Source of the DNA: an uncultured bacterium
GTDB lineage: Bacteria; Hinthialibacterota; Hinthialibacteria; Hinthialibacterales; Hinthialibacteraceae
DNA: 64,000 nt
Assembly: GCA_964517495.1 (NCBI GenBank)
Contig: CAZFER010000016.1
Location: 31,564-95,563, forward strand
Reading direction: 5' to 3'
Shown: one piece after another, positions 19,132-28,519 of the stretch
Position numbering within the stretch: the stretch's first letter is position 1
Layout: the number at the start of each line of letters is the position of its first letter
Made by a program: the position numbers and the translations under genes
Notes under the pieces: generated by a model
Seen by the model: only the letters and a program-made list of their open reading frames with translations
Database searches by the model: none
Told to the model about the DNA's origin: nothing

Positions 19132-20268
19132 TTAATCCTTAATAGCGAATTGGAAAATGGTGGTTTGGTTGTAGGTTTCATCCGGCCTTAATTCGGTTGT
19201 TGGGAAGTAGGCCCGGTTTGGGGTGTCTGGGAAATGTTGGGTTTCCAGGCAAAATCCATGATAAGGGCCATAAGGTTTACCATCACCTTGATACCGGTCA
19301 CTCAATCCTTTTGCGGTGTAAAGTTGAACACCTGGATGCGTGGTAAGAACCGTCATAAGCCTACCGCTTTGGGGATCATAGGCTCGGGCTGCCAATGACA
19401 ATTGATGAGGTGTATTTTTGTTTAGAACATAACAATGGTCATAATTTTCATCTTCAACCTGCTCGATTCTGGAACCAATTGTTGAGGTCATACGAAAATC
19501 CATAGGTGTATTTTGAACGGAGACAATTTCACCGGTGGGAATTTTGTTGGGATGAGCGGCTAAATAAAAATCTGCATTCAGCATCAGTTCATGATCAAGC
19601 ACATTACCATTTCCCGCCCCTGCCAGGTTAAAATAAGCGTGGTTGGTTAAGTTGAGATGGGTTGGTTTATCGGTTTTTGCCCCATATTCAATAATCAATT
19701 CATTCTTGTTTGTAAGTTTATATGAAACGGATACATGAAGGTTTCCTGGATAGCCTTCATCACCATCAGGGCTGAAGTATTTCAACAAAACACCCGTAAA
19801 GGCTGGAGCCTTGACAGGGAAAGCCTGCCATACCTTTTTTTGAAATCCCTGTCGTCCACCATGGATGTGATTTTTCCCCGCATTGGGTGTAACAAAATGC
19901 TCTTTCCCATCCAAAACAAAACAAGCCCCTGCAATTCGATTGGCAAAGCGGCCAACGACGGAACCGAATAAGGGGTGCCCTTTATAATAGTCATCAAACG
20001 TATCTAAAAAGAGGGTGATATTTTCAAGGTTCCCTTCCCTATCGGGTGTTCGAATGGCAATTAAGGTGGCTCCGTAGGTTATTATTTCGGCTTGTAAGCC
20101 ATTATCATTGGTTAAGGTATACAATTCGATTGGGGTGCCATCGGGAAGCTGGCCATAGGTGGATTGCTTCACATCCGGTGTAGCGCTTGTAAATAATGGA
20201 AAGAAAGATAGTACAAACGAGAAGAGAGATACACCCCATATAATTAAAAATCTAAAATGTGTGTTCAT
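19132..20268 (-). CDS. galM: Aldose 1-epimerase (galactose mutarotase) with signal peptide
   Basis: VGRFANRI, HIHGG, GYPGNL, NLTNHAYFNL, GFCLETQHFPD. Confidence 0.92.
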   Translation of the reverse strand: MNTHFRFLIIWGVSLFSFVLSFFPLFTSATPDVKQSTYGQLPDGTPIELYTLTNDNGLQAEIITYGATLIAIRTPDREGNLENITLFLDTFDDYYKGHPLFGSVVGRFANRIAGACFVLDGKEHFVTPNAGKNHIHGGRQGFQKKVWQAFPVKAPAFTGVLLKYFSPDGDEGYPGNLHVSVSYKLTNKNELIIEYGAKTDKPTHLNLTNHAYFNLAGAGNGNVLDHELMLNADFYLAAHPNKIPTGEIVSVQNTPMDFRMTSTIGSRIEQVEDENYDHCYVLNKNTPHQLSLAARAYDPQSGRLMTVLTTHPGVQLYTAKGLSDRYQGDGKPYGPYHGFCLETQHFPDTPNRAYFPTTELRPDETYNQTTIFQFAIKD

Positions 20269-20374
20269 TTTTCTTGGCTTTCTTATGGTATTTATATACT
20301 TTTAAATTCCCTGCAAGCTACACTGATCTTTACCCAAAAGTTTCTTTAATTAATCGGGATTGTGTGCTAATCCT

Positions 20375-20517
20375 TCAACCCTCCCCTAGCCCCTCCCAGG
20401 CTTGGGAGGGGAATGGTTGCTATACCTGTTTAGCGATTCTGAAGCCTCTTGGAATCCCTCTTCGTTATCGGCTATCCACTTCTCCCCCAAGCCTGGGGGA
20501 GATACAGAGGGGGTTGA
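20375..20517. repeat. Inverted pair of CCCTCCC/GGGAGGG REP-like hairpins
   Basis: TCAACCCTCCCCTAGCCCCTCCCAGGCTTGGGAGGGGAA and an inverted copy TCTCCCCCAAGCCTGGGGGAGATACAGAGGGGGTTGA. Confidence 0.65.
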
Positions 20518-20602
20518 TTGTCGGCCCCATAAGCCTATGCAAGCAAACAAGGGATATTTACCCCTTGTTTGCTTGCTGTTTGAACAATGATTTAAGCAAG
20601 GT

Positions 20603-21691
20603 TTATGCTTTCAATCCCAAGCCAAGTACATCCTTGCAGTATTTCAGGCTTTGTTCCAGATCCCACATCTGCTGCTTTTTATTGTCGCCTTCCGGGCGGC
20701 CTTCGGGTGAGACATAAGGTTTACCTTGTTTGGCCAACGCCAGAAACATGGCGAATTCACTGGCGCGGGCTTTAGGATAGATATCCCAAAATTCCTTCTC
20801 CAAATAATCAAGCGGCCGTGGATAAACACCCGAGATAATCTCCAGGATAAAGGGGGTGTCTGGGCAAAGTTTTTTATACAATTCCAGATAGGCATTCCAA
20901 TCAACCACACCGTCTCCCATATTGGCCCACATCACGTTTGCCCCCTTCTCTGTTTCCCATACTTCGCTGTCACGCAAGCCGGTTGACACAGCATAAGGGC
21001 CAAGCTGTTCGAGGTTAATCATGGGATCTTCAATTGTCCAGGTGGCATTACCCGAATCCATCGTCGCACCGACAAAATCTTTACCGGCCTTTTCAATCAA
21101 ATCCACCAGTTCCCATGCCTGCAAATCTCCCGCGTGGTTTTCAACCGCGAAGGTCACTTTGGCATCGAGTGCCAGTTTTCTCACTTTTTTAAGCAATTCA
21201 ACCGTGCTTTTGATATGCCGATAAATTCCACCTTCGCCTTTTCGATCATCACGGGATCCCAAAAAACAACGCGCCACCGGTGACCCCATATACTTCGCGA
21301 CTCGAATCACCAAGGCCAAATGTTCTTCTGGTGATCCATATTTTGTTATCAGTCGTTTTGAAGTTGGACAAATACCACCCGTTCCAACGTGGACTTCAAC
21401 CCCCAGTTCGTCAGCCTTGCGCTTCAGTCCTCGCAGATAGTCATCTTCAAAACTCTCATAGACCTCCAGGTCTGATAAGAGCAATGTATCAACCCTTAAT
21501 GAAGCGGCATAGTCCAACAGCTGCGAGGCATTCCACTTACAAGCCCGAACGGAAAAATTATCAAATCCCAGTTTAATTTTATGGTCCTTCGCCTTGGTTT
21601 CACTTGCAAATGCAGGAGTTACCGTCATTGCGGCTCCCATCGATGCGACTGAACCACAAAACCCACGGCGTGTGATTGTTTTTGATGTCAT
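20603..21691 (-). CDS. Sugar phosphate isomerase/epimerase (xylose isomerase-like TIM barrel), Tat-exported
   Basis: TRRGF Tat motif; AVENHAGD, DSGN, ILEI metal-binding motifs. Confidence 0.85.
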   Translation of the reverse strand: MTSKTITRRGFCGSVASMGAAMTVTPAFASETKAKDHKIKLGFDNFSVRACKWNASQLLDYAASLRVDTLLLSDLEVYESFEDDYLRGLKRKADELGVEVHVGTGGICPTSKRLITKYGSPEEHLALVIRVAKYMGSPVARCFLGSRDDRKGEGGIYRHIKSTVELLKKVRKLALDAKVTFAVENHAGDLQAWELVDLIEKAGKDFVGATMDSGNATWTIEDPMINLEQLGPYAVSTGLRDSEVWETEKGANVMWANMGDGVVDWNAYLELYKKLCPDTPFILEIISGVYPRPLDYLEKEFWDIYPKARASEFAMFLALAKQGKPYVSPEGRPEGDNKKQQMWDLEQSLKYCKDVLGLGLKA

Positions 21692-21780
21692 CTATCTTGC
21701 CTCCCATTAATTTACGTTGGATAGACATTGATGTGTCGTATAGTTTATAAATCGATAATGTAACACAAACCACGTTCAAT

Positions 21781-21810
21781 AAAAAAGGCACGCGCAAAAC
21801 GTGCCTTTTT
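21781..21810 (-). terminator. Intrinsic terminator after the barrel gene
   Basis: AAAAAAGGCACG-CGCAAAA-CGTGCCTTTTT. Confidence 0.75.
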
Positions 21811-21846
21811 AGATGTTCTGAATTTAAATTTCAATTTGATCTCTGC

Positions 21847-22992
21847 TTAGAATTCATACGATAATCCAAAGACGTGCATAAAGTCTCCGTCTCCACCAGT
21901 ATCGGAGTAAATAAAGCCATAATCCAAGGTGATTTCTTCATACACATAGCCCAAACCACCGGTAAAACCGCTGACGGATGGATCAGCGCCAAAGCCGGCA
22001 TCCTCTTCATAATCAAAATTTTCAAATTGGTAACCACCGCGGAGGTAAAGATTTTCATATATTTCATATTCAGCGCCGAGGTGCACACCGAATAAGTCCT
22101 CTTCGGTATCACCCGTTGAGAAATCCAATTCACGGTTTTCAAATTTAACATCCATCGCCAGCAGCAAGGGTAAATCCACCATAGGATTCCAAGCCACACC
22201 GCCGCGCACGGCCCAGCTATCGGCATCACCGTCTCCAGCGCCACCGACTTCCCAATCGCCGATTCCATAATATCCATCCAAACCAAAGATCAGGTTTTCA
22301 CGTAATGTATATTGCAAACCAACCTGGTTGCGATGGCCGGAGAAGTCTTCGCTCACTCCAAACCATACGCCGGGATTGGGAGCGATCTCAATGAGTTCAG
22401 AATCAGATTGCCAATCAATGTAGCTGTAACGATAACCTATCGACAATCCTTCCATATATCGGTACGCTGCGGTTAAGGATACCGCATGCCGATCCAGGTT
22501 GCCTTCCGAGCCAAAAGTGGGGAAACCTGAATAGGGGCCAGCTTCGCTCTCATCATCACGGTAGTTGTAAGTAAGCCCTAATCCACCCCAATCAAATGGA
22601 TAGGCAATGCCACCGCCTAGGCTCCACAATTCCGTATCGGCATGCCCTGTTGTGGGCGTGCCAGTAAAATTCTGAGCGCTGGTGCCCGTGATTTCATCAA
22701 GATCACCTTGCAGCATGAGGACGCGTTTTTCGATAAATCCCAAACTGGCCGGGTTACCGATAAGGCCAAGTTCACCACCACGCAGAGCGCTGTACGCACC
22801 CCCCATACCGGCGGATCGCGCGGACAAACCTAAATTGTAAAACAAATATCGGTTGTAATGTGCGGAAAAATCGTTGTTTTGTGCGCTTGCCAGGTTTGGC
22901 AAGATGGCTGCACCTAACAAACTTAGCACCAACACTGGTATCCATTTACGCTTCATATTTGTGAACCCCCGCACTGAACTTATTGTTTTCAT
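21847..22992 (-). CDS. Outer-membrane beta-barrel, FadL/PorV-like
   Basis: Signal peptide; SARSAGMGGAYSA...NPASL N-terminal motif; amphipathic beta strands; LRGGY; C-terminal LSYEF. Confidence 0.8.
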   Translation of the reverse strand: MKTISSVRGFTNMKRKWIPVLVLSLLGAAILPNLASAQNNDFSAHYNRYLFYNLGLSARSAGMGGAYSALRGGELGLIGNPASLGFIEKRVLMLQGDLDEITGTSAQNFTGTPTTGHADTELWSLGGGIAYPFDWGGLGLTYNYRDDESEAGPYSGFPTFGSEGNLDRHAVSLTAAYRYMEGLSIGYRYSYIDWQSDSELIEIAPNPGVWFGVSEDFSGHRNQVGLQYTLRENLIFGLDGYYGIGDWEVGGAGDGDADSWAVRGGVAWNPMVDLPLLLAMDVKFENRELDFSTGDTEEDLFGVHLGAEYEIYENLYLRGGYQFENFDYEEDAGFGADPSVSGFTGGLGYVYEEITLDYGFIYSDTGGDGDFMHVFGLSYEF

Positions 22993-23028
22993 ACCAATGG
23001 GCCTCTTTTCTTACAAGTATTCTTCGTT

Positions 23029-25908
23029 TCAGTCAGCTGTTGACGGTAAGGTACCCGCTTCGATATCGAAATAGCCTCTCCTGGTTCCAATCAGATTATC
23101 AAAATCAACTGGATCGTTGATAATTCCTGCCGGACCAAGAATGAAGCCGTTTTCATTAAGGATATATGGCACATCTTCCACCACCGTAAAGTCGACGACA
23201 AATGGATCATTTTCCATGCGAACCACTTCAGATGGCTCACCAAATTCGGCATCGATGGTGTAAGTCATAATCTGTCCAAGAATATTCATTACGCGATAAC
23301 CCTGTACTGCTCCGTCTTCCACGATCAGATCCATTGCCATGACAGGGGCAAATTCACTGTCCTCTGGGACTGCTGGGAGGGCTGGAACAGCACCATGGGC
23401 TTGAACCCGGCCATCATTGGTCAGGATGTAATAACCCAGGTTGACACCCGGCTGAGCCGGATCTTCAACCACTTCAAGGTCAGCCGCGATGGCCACTGGA
23501 CGCTCAATCTCTACCCGGCCAAATCGAATGGTCTGGGTAAAGACCTCATCACCTTGGTGGACAGCACTACCGAATGCATGTACTCGCCCAAAGCGGTCAA
23601 TCACAAGGTATCCCTCGGCATTCGCGCCAAGCGGTTCAAGATCAAGGTAATCACCGAATTCGGACAGCGCGGTTCCACCACTCGAAGGCTTCTGTATCTG
23701 TTCAGGGAACACTGAGCCAGCTTTTGTGAGGAACACGGTATTTTCGCCGACTAACTCGAGATCAACTGGTGCAAGAACATCAGCATCAAATGCAGCCAGT
23801 TCACCTGTTTCAAATCCACGTTCGATCAGGATTCCCTGTTGTGACAACACCACAAGCCCCGTGGCCGGTTCAACCACCTGTTCTGGTGTTGGCGTTGAGG
23901 TGGGTTGTTCTGGCGTCGGCGTTGGAGAGGCCGTCGGCTCAATCGTTGGTGTCGGTTCAGGTGTTGGTGTATCTGTCGGACCTGGTGTCTCCGTGGGTTC
24001 AGGTGTCGGTGTATCTGTTGGCACCGGTGTCGGGGATGCTTCCGGAGTTTGCGTTGGCGTGAACGTTGGTTCCGGAGTTGCTGTCGCTACCGGGCTTTCT
24101 GTCGGTGTGTTGGTCGGTTCCGGAGTCGGTGTATCTTCTGGTGATTCCGTTGGTGTCGCTACCGGGCTTTCTGTCGGTGTATTAGTCGGTTCCGGAGTCG
24201 GTGTATCTTCAGGTGATTCCGTTGGGGTCGAGGTTGCTACAGGCGACTCAGTCGGAGTATTGGTTGGTTCCGGAGTTGGTGTATCTTCTGGTGATTCCGT
24301 TGGCGTCGCTACCGGGCTTTCTGTGGGTGTATTAGTCGGTTCCGGTGTAGGAGTATCTTCCGGTGACTCTGTTGGAGTCGATGTCGCTACCGGACTTTCT
24401 GTGGGTGTATTGGTTGGCTCCGGCGTTGGTGTATCTTCTGGTGACTCTGTGGGAGTCGCTACCGGAGATTCAGTTGGTGTATTGGTTGGTTCAGGTGTCG
24501 GTGTATCTTCCGGTGACTCTGTCGGTGTTGAGGTTGATACCTCGGTTGGAGTTGAAGTAGGCTCTTCTGTCGGTGTATTGGTTGGCTCTGGAGTTGGTGT
24601 ATCTTCAGGTGACTCTGTTGGTGTTGAGGTTGGTTGAGGTTCAGGAGTATTTGTCGGAGTGGATGTTGGTTCCGGCAAAGGTGTAGAAGTCGGTGATTCT
24701 GTTGGTGTTGGAGTATCCTCAGGTTGAGCCCCTAATTCAACAACGGCAGACTGCGCACTGACACCTTCAACTGGTAAAAAGTCAGTTCCAAATAAATCTG
24801 TAATTTCCACCCCCAATTCAGTGGAAGCGGAAGGAGTATCAATCACATTAAAGGAAATAATAACAAGTTCAAGTTCACCCAGGGGATCAGCTCCTGCTTG
24901 GAAATCGTTGATGGCCAGCACTCCCGCCTGGTTGGAATTTACATTGGTGGGCGCCCCGAAATCAGACGAACCAGCCGCTGTTGAATCAAACTGTAAAACA
25001 TTCTGGTCATAATTGACGTTAACTTGATAAGAACCTAATGCAGTATCAACATTAGCGATTAAACGCGCTTGAACAGTCTGGCCTGTTTCAAAAGGTCCGC
25101 CATCCACTACAATACCTACTGTATTAGCAGGAACTTGAAGCAAATTAAACGCGAACGGCCTTATATAATTTCGTTTCGCTGAAGCAATAATGGCTTGATT
25201 GGGATTCTGGATAAGGCCGGCCGCCACCGCGGCAATAAACTGGGCATCACCAATATCAACTCGACCATTATTATTCATATCAACATTATCATTGGGCAAG
25301 TTTGATATTAAGCCAGCAGCAAAAGCGGCAACCATTTGGGCATCACCAATGTCAACGCGTCCATTTCCATTGGCATCGCCCAATACGCCTTCCGCTTGGA
25401 TTTGAACATCCGCCGGATCAACGGCTGAAATATCAATATTTAATCCTTCAGGCTGAGAAAAGGCTTTTTGAAAACCAATATATTTTGTGTAACTCACAGA
25501 GGTTGAAAGCGTTCCCTCTGTTTCAGTTTCCACATTCAATGCACCGATGGATTGGGCTTCTGAATTACTGAAACTGGCATCTTTTCCTACTAAGGAGGAT
25601 TGAATGGTTATGACATTTCCATCCAGGTTCACTGTACTAATGGGTTCTCCAGCAGTACTCGCCGATGCCCATGCCGAACCGTTGGGAGTATAATCAATCG
25701 AGGAAACGGTGACGCCTTCGAGTTGGATTTGCAGCAAAAATGCGCTAATCGCCTCCGTCGCTTGGAGTTGTATATCATAACTAACCGTCTCTCCCACCTT
25801 AGCGCTATCGGTTTGAGGTTGAAGTATGACTTGATCGCTAAAAGATGCGCTTATTCCATATAATAATATAATAGATAAGGCGCATGATTTGATTAACGAT
25901 TTCAACAT
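23029..25908 (-). CDS. Secreted multidomain protein: cohesin-like, dockerin, cohesin, Pro/Thr/Glu linker, C-terminal beta-repeat domain
   Basis: Signal peptide; dockerin GDANGNGRVDIGDAQ...DMNNNGRVDIGDAQ; cohesin GQTVQARL...GSYQVNVNYDQNVLQF...GELELVIISFNV; long TPTP repeats. Confidence 0.85.
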   Translation of the reverse strand: MLKSLIKSCALSIILLYGISASFSDQVILQPQTDSAKVGETVSYDIQLQATEAISAFLLQIQLEGVTVSSIDYTPNGSAWASASTAGEPISTVNLDGNVITIQSSLVGKDASFSNSEAQSIGALNVETETEGTLSTSVSYTKYIGFQKAFSQPEGLNIDISAVDPADVQIQAEGVLGDANGNGRVDIGDAQMVAAFAAGLISNLPNDNVDMNNNGRVDIGDAQFIAAVAAGLIQNPNQAIIASAKRNYIRPFAFNLLQVPANTVGIVVDGGPFETGQTVQARLIANVDTALGSYQVNVNYDQNVLQFDSTAAGSSDFGAPTNVNSNQAGVLAINDFQAGADPLGELELVIISFNVIDTPSASTELGVEITDLFGTDFLPVEGVSAQSAVVELGAQPEDTPTPTESPTSTPLPEPTSTPTNTPEPQPTSTPTESPEDTPTPEPTNTPTEEPTSTPTEVSTSTPTESPEDTPTPEPTNTPTESPVATPTESPEDTPTPEPTNTPTESPVATSTPTESPEDTPTPEPTNTPTESPVATPTESPEDTPTPEPTNTPTESPVATSTPTESPEDTPTPEPTNTPTESPVATPTESPEDTPTPEPTNTPTESPVATATPEPTFTPTQTPEASPTPVPTDTPTPEPTETPGPTDTPTPEPTPTIEPTASPTPTPEQPTSTPTPEQVVEPATGLVVLSQQGILIERGFETGELAAFDADVLAPVDLELVGENTVFLTKAGSVFPEQIQKPSSGGTALSEFGDYLDLEPLGANAEGYLVIDRFGRVHAFGSAVHQGDEVFTQTIRFGRVEIERPVAIAADLEVVEDPAQPGVNLGYYILTNDGRVQAHGAVPALPAVPEDSEFAPVMAMDLIVEDGAVQGYRVMNILGQIMTYTIDAEFGEPSEVVRMENDPFVVDFTVVEDVPYILNENGFILGPAGIINDPVDFDNLIGTRRGYFDIEAGTLPSTAD
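23880..24725 (-). repeat. Coding tandem repeat: 7 copies of ESPEDTPTPEPTNTPTE, six of them arranged as a 50-aa (150-bp) unit repeated about 3 times
   Basis: Alternating 24-aa and 26-aa units (…ESPVA / …ESPVATS) seen in the translation. Confidence 0.9.
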
Positions 25909-26123
25909 CGGTGCCTCCGTTTCTTTGGGGGGTCAATAAATCATTAAAATGCCCTAACCCTAATTTCATAGGTAGATACTGTACAATAACGAATCTTTCC
26001 TTTTTTTTCAACCTCAAAAGATTCTTTTTTTGCAAAAAATCCTGAATTGAAATTAAATTACTTTATTCCAACATTTTTAATGGTAAATTATTCAAAATCA
26101 ATTAATAACCATCAATAAACGAT

Positions 26124-27284
26124 ATGAAAATCTTAATCCTTCAACGATTCGATCTTTCTTCGGTTTCTTGTGCACGGCGTGTTTTGTGCCAAACAGAAGA
26201 ATTACTTAAACGTGGTCATGAGGTATATCTTACTGATTTTGTTCATCATAAACGCCAACAGGAAATGCCTTCAGTGGCTAATCTGGAGAGGTTAGGCGCC
26301 CATATAATTCCTATTGAACGAAGTGTAAAGCATTATTTTAAGAACTTCATGTCGTTACGAAAAATTACTCCTCCGCCTGATATTATTCATTTGTGGAAAG
26401 CCTATCCTGATGCTTCATTGCTTGCATTTGCCCTTTCAAAATATTGGAAAATCCCTTTGCACTACGACTATGACGATTGGGAAAAGGGGATTGCGGCTGA
26501 ATTGACTGGCTCAAAAGTAGCCGGTTGGATTGCAGGCCGATGGGATCGGCTTATTCCCCATTTGAGCCACACCATTACCGCTGCAAGTCAGTTTCTTAAA
26601 AAAAAGTTAATGTACTGGGGAATACCGGAATCCATCATTTGGGATGCCCCGGTAGGAGCTGATCTTGAGTGCTTTCATCCTCGCCAAAAAGACCATCACT
26701 TACTTGAAAAATTAAACTTATCCACACCCGTTTTAGTTTATAGCGGTCAACTGGAGGTGGCCAGTTATGCTGAACAAGCCATTGAGGTATTCGATATCGT
26801 CCGTCGGGAAATCCATTCCACTCGCCTCTTAATAATTGGTGGAGGCAGAAAATTGGACTATTTAAAATCCATAGCCAGCGAGAAAACGATTTCCGATCGA
26901 GTGTATTTCACAGATTATATACAGAGCGATCAAATCCCATCTTATTTGTCACTTGCGGATGTGGCTTTGGCTCCATTCGAAAAAAACAACGTCACCCGTG
27001 CAAAATCACCACTAAAAATCGCGGAATACCTGGCGATGGGTTTGCCGGTGGTTGCCTCTGATGTGGGTGAGACACAGGCCATGACCGTTGGAGCAGGAGC
27101 CTGCGTTCCCTGTGGTGACATCAAACAAATGGCTGACAAAACCTTGTGGATCTTAAAACACCCCGGCGTGCAAGAAAGCATGCGTATTGCGGGACGGCAA
27201 CTGGCAGAGCGTAAATATAATTGGAAAGCCCATACTGACTCTCTGGGAGCCGCATATAAACACTCCACAAAATTCTTTCGATAG
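26124..27284 (+). CDS. Glycosyltransferase family 4
   Basis: ADVALAP...SPLKIAEYLAMGLPVVASDVG (EX7E region). Confidence 0.9.
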   Translation: MKILILQRFDLSSVSCARRVLCQTEELLKRGHEVYLTDFVHHKRQQEMPSVANLERLGAHIIPIERSVKHYFKNFMSLRKITPPPDIIHLWKAYPDASLLAFALSKYWKIPLHYDYDDWEKGIAAELTGSKVAGWIAGRWDRLIPHLSHTITAASQFLKKKLMYWGIPESIIWDAPVGADLECFHPRQKDHHLLEKLNLSTPVLVYSGQLEVASYAEQAIEVFDIVRREIHSTRLLIIGGGRKLDYLKSIASEKTISDRVYFTDYIQSDQIPSYLSLADVALAPFEKNNVTRAKSPLKIAEYLAMGLPVVASDVGETQAMTVGAGACVPCGDIKQMADKTLWILKHPGVQESMRIAGRQLAERKYNWKAHTDSLGAAYKHSTKFFR

Positions 27285-27503
27285 AATACAGTGTGCTGTG
27301 CAGGATTCATCGCACCTGCGCGCTATATTTCCAGCTTTTTTGTTCACACTGAAGATATTAAAAAACGGGTGTATCGAACTATTACTCGAATTTTAGCTGT
27401 TTTATTCTGTAAATCCTCACTTTACTTACCAAATTCAGTAAAATTCACCCTGTGATGCCACCTGGTGACATCTTTTGTAAAGAAAAGTGCCTCTACAAAT
27501 ATT

Positions 27504-27519
27504 TGGCACGGTCCTTGTG
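27504..27519 (+). promoter_or_regulatory. Candidate sigma54 (-24/-12) promoter
   Basis: TGGCACG-GTCC-TTGT against consensus TGGCACG-N4-TTGC, one mismatch at -12. Confidence 0.4.
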
Positions 27520-27566
27520 TCTATGAAAGGCAAACGCGCGTAAATCTTTTTTGAGGGAGAGATATC

Positions 27567-28394
27567 ATGGACTTGGATTTTATTAAACGATGCATACACT
27601 GCGATGCTCCCACAGAGCCGTTAACCCTGCAAGAAGAGAAGGAACTCATCCGCAGTTATCAAAACGGCAATACAGATGCACGAAAGAAATTGATTGAATC
27701 GAACATCCGCTTTGTTGTTAAAATGGCGTTGCAATATAGAAACCAGGGTCTTTGCCTGTCTGACCTGATTCAGGAAGGAAACCTTGGATTGATTGAAGCG
27801 TTGGAAAAATTTAATCCGGAAAAGAACTGCCGGTTAATCACCTATGCTTCATGGTGGATTCGTCTTTATCTGCAGCGGGCCATCGAGCAAAAAACACGCC
27901 CGGTTAACCTCCCTATTAATAAATTGGAACTCTTGCGAAAAGTCCGTTCGTATGAGACCTCGTTTGAAATGAGCAACGGACGGAAACCCTATTCAGAAGA
28001 AATCGCGGATGGATTGAAGGCGGATATCAACAAGATCGAGAAAATTGGCCATCAAGCCCCTTCTTTCCATACCATCCATCATCAGGATTCTGACCATCCC
28101 GGCATGGAAACAGTGTTGCAGGATGAAAAATATGTTGATCCCCGCGACCGAATTTGGCTGAAGGAAGCCACCAACCGGCTAAAAACAGCCATGCAAGTTT
28201 TAAATAATAAAGAACGTGAAGTGCTCTCCTATCGTTATAACTTTGATAATGGCGGCAAACGGCTCAGTTTGCGCAAGGTTGGGAAGAAGATGGGAATGAG
28301 TGCTGAAGGTGTTCGACGAATTGAAGAGCAAGCCATGAGCAAATTACGACGGCCCAATATAAAAGAAAGGATGGAAGCGTTATTAGCCAACTGA
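27567..28394 (+). CDS. RNA polymerase sigma-70 family factor (RpoD/RpoS/RpoH-like, no region 1.1)
   Basis: LIESNIRFVVKMA, DLIQEGNLGLIEA, TYASWWIR, region 4 SLRKVG...SAEGVRRIEEQAMSKLR. Confidence 0.92.
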   Translation: MDLDFIKRCIHCDAPTEPLTLQEEKELIRSYQNGNTDARKKLIESNIRFVVKMALQYRNQGLCLSDLIQEGNLGLIEALEKFNPEKNCRLITYASWWIRLYLQRAIEQKTRPVNLPINKLELLRKVRSYETSFEMSNGRKPYSEEIADGLKADINKIEKIGHQAPSFHTIHHQDSDHPGMETVLQDEKYVDPRDRIWLKEATNRLKTAMQVLNNKEREVLSYRYNFDNGGKRLSLRKVGKKMGMSAEGVRRIEEQAMSKLRRPNIKERMEALLAN

Positions 28395-28459
28395 CCTTAC
28401 ACTCCCCGATTGATACAACCACTGGGAACACCGTAAAGCCGTGTTTCCGCCTCCTACAT

Positions 28460-28492
28460 CCCCGCTGAACTATCCCGATCAGCGGGGTTTTT
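28460..28492 (+). terminator. Intrinsic terminator after the sigma factor gene
   Basis: CCCCGCTGA...TCAGCGGGG followed by TTTTT. Confidence 0.75.
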
Positions 28493-28519
28493 CTGTTTCA
28501 TCATCTTTCTTAAAACGAT

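Noticed and set aside
20259-20717. 152-aa + strand ORF
   Set aside because: It spans REP-like palindromes and overlaps real genes on the opposite strand; the composition is not protein-like
23726-24637. 303-aa Gly/Val/Ser-rich ORF on the + strand
   Set aside because: It is the antisense shadow of the Pro/Thr repeat; the antisense of Pro/Thr codons contains no stops
23880-24725. Possible CRISPR array
   Set aside because: The repeats are in-frame coding units with synonymous variation, no unique spacers and no cas genes
28395-28459. 3' UTR of the sigma gene with CCTCCT as a possible UTR-derived sRNA
   Set aside because: A single short motif without supporting structure; too weak to report
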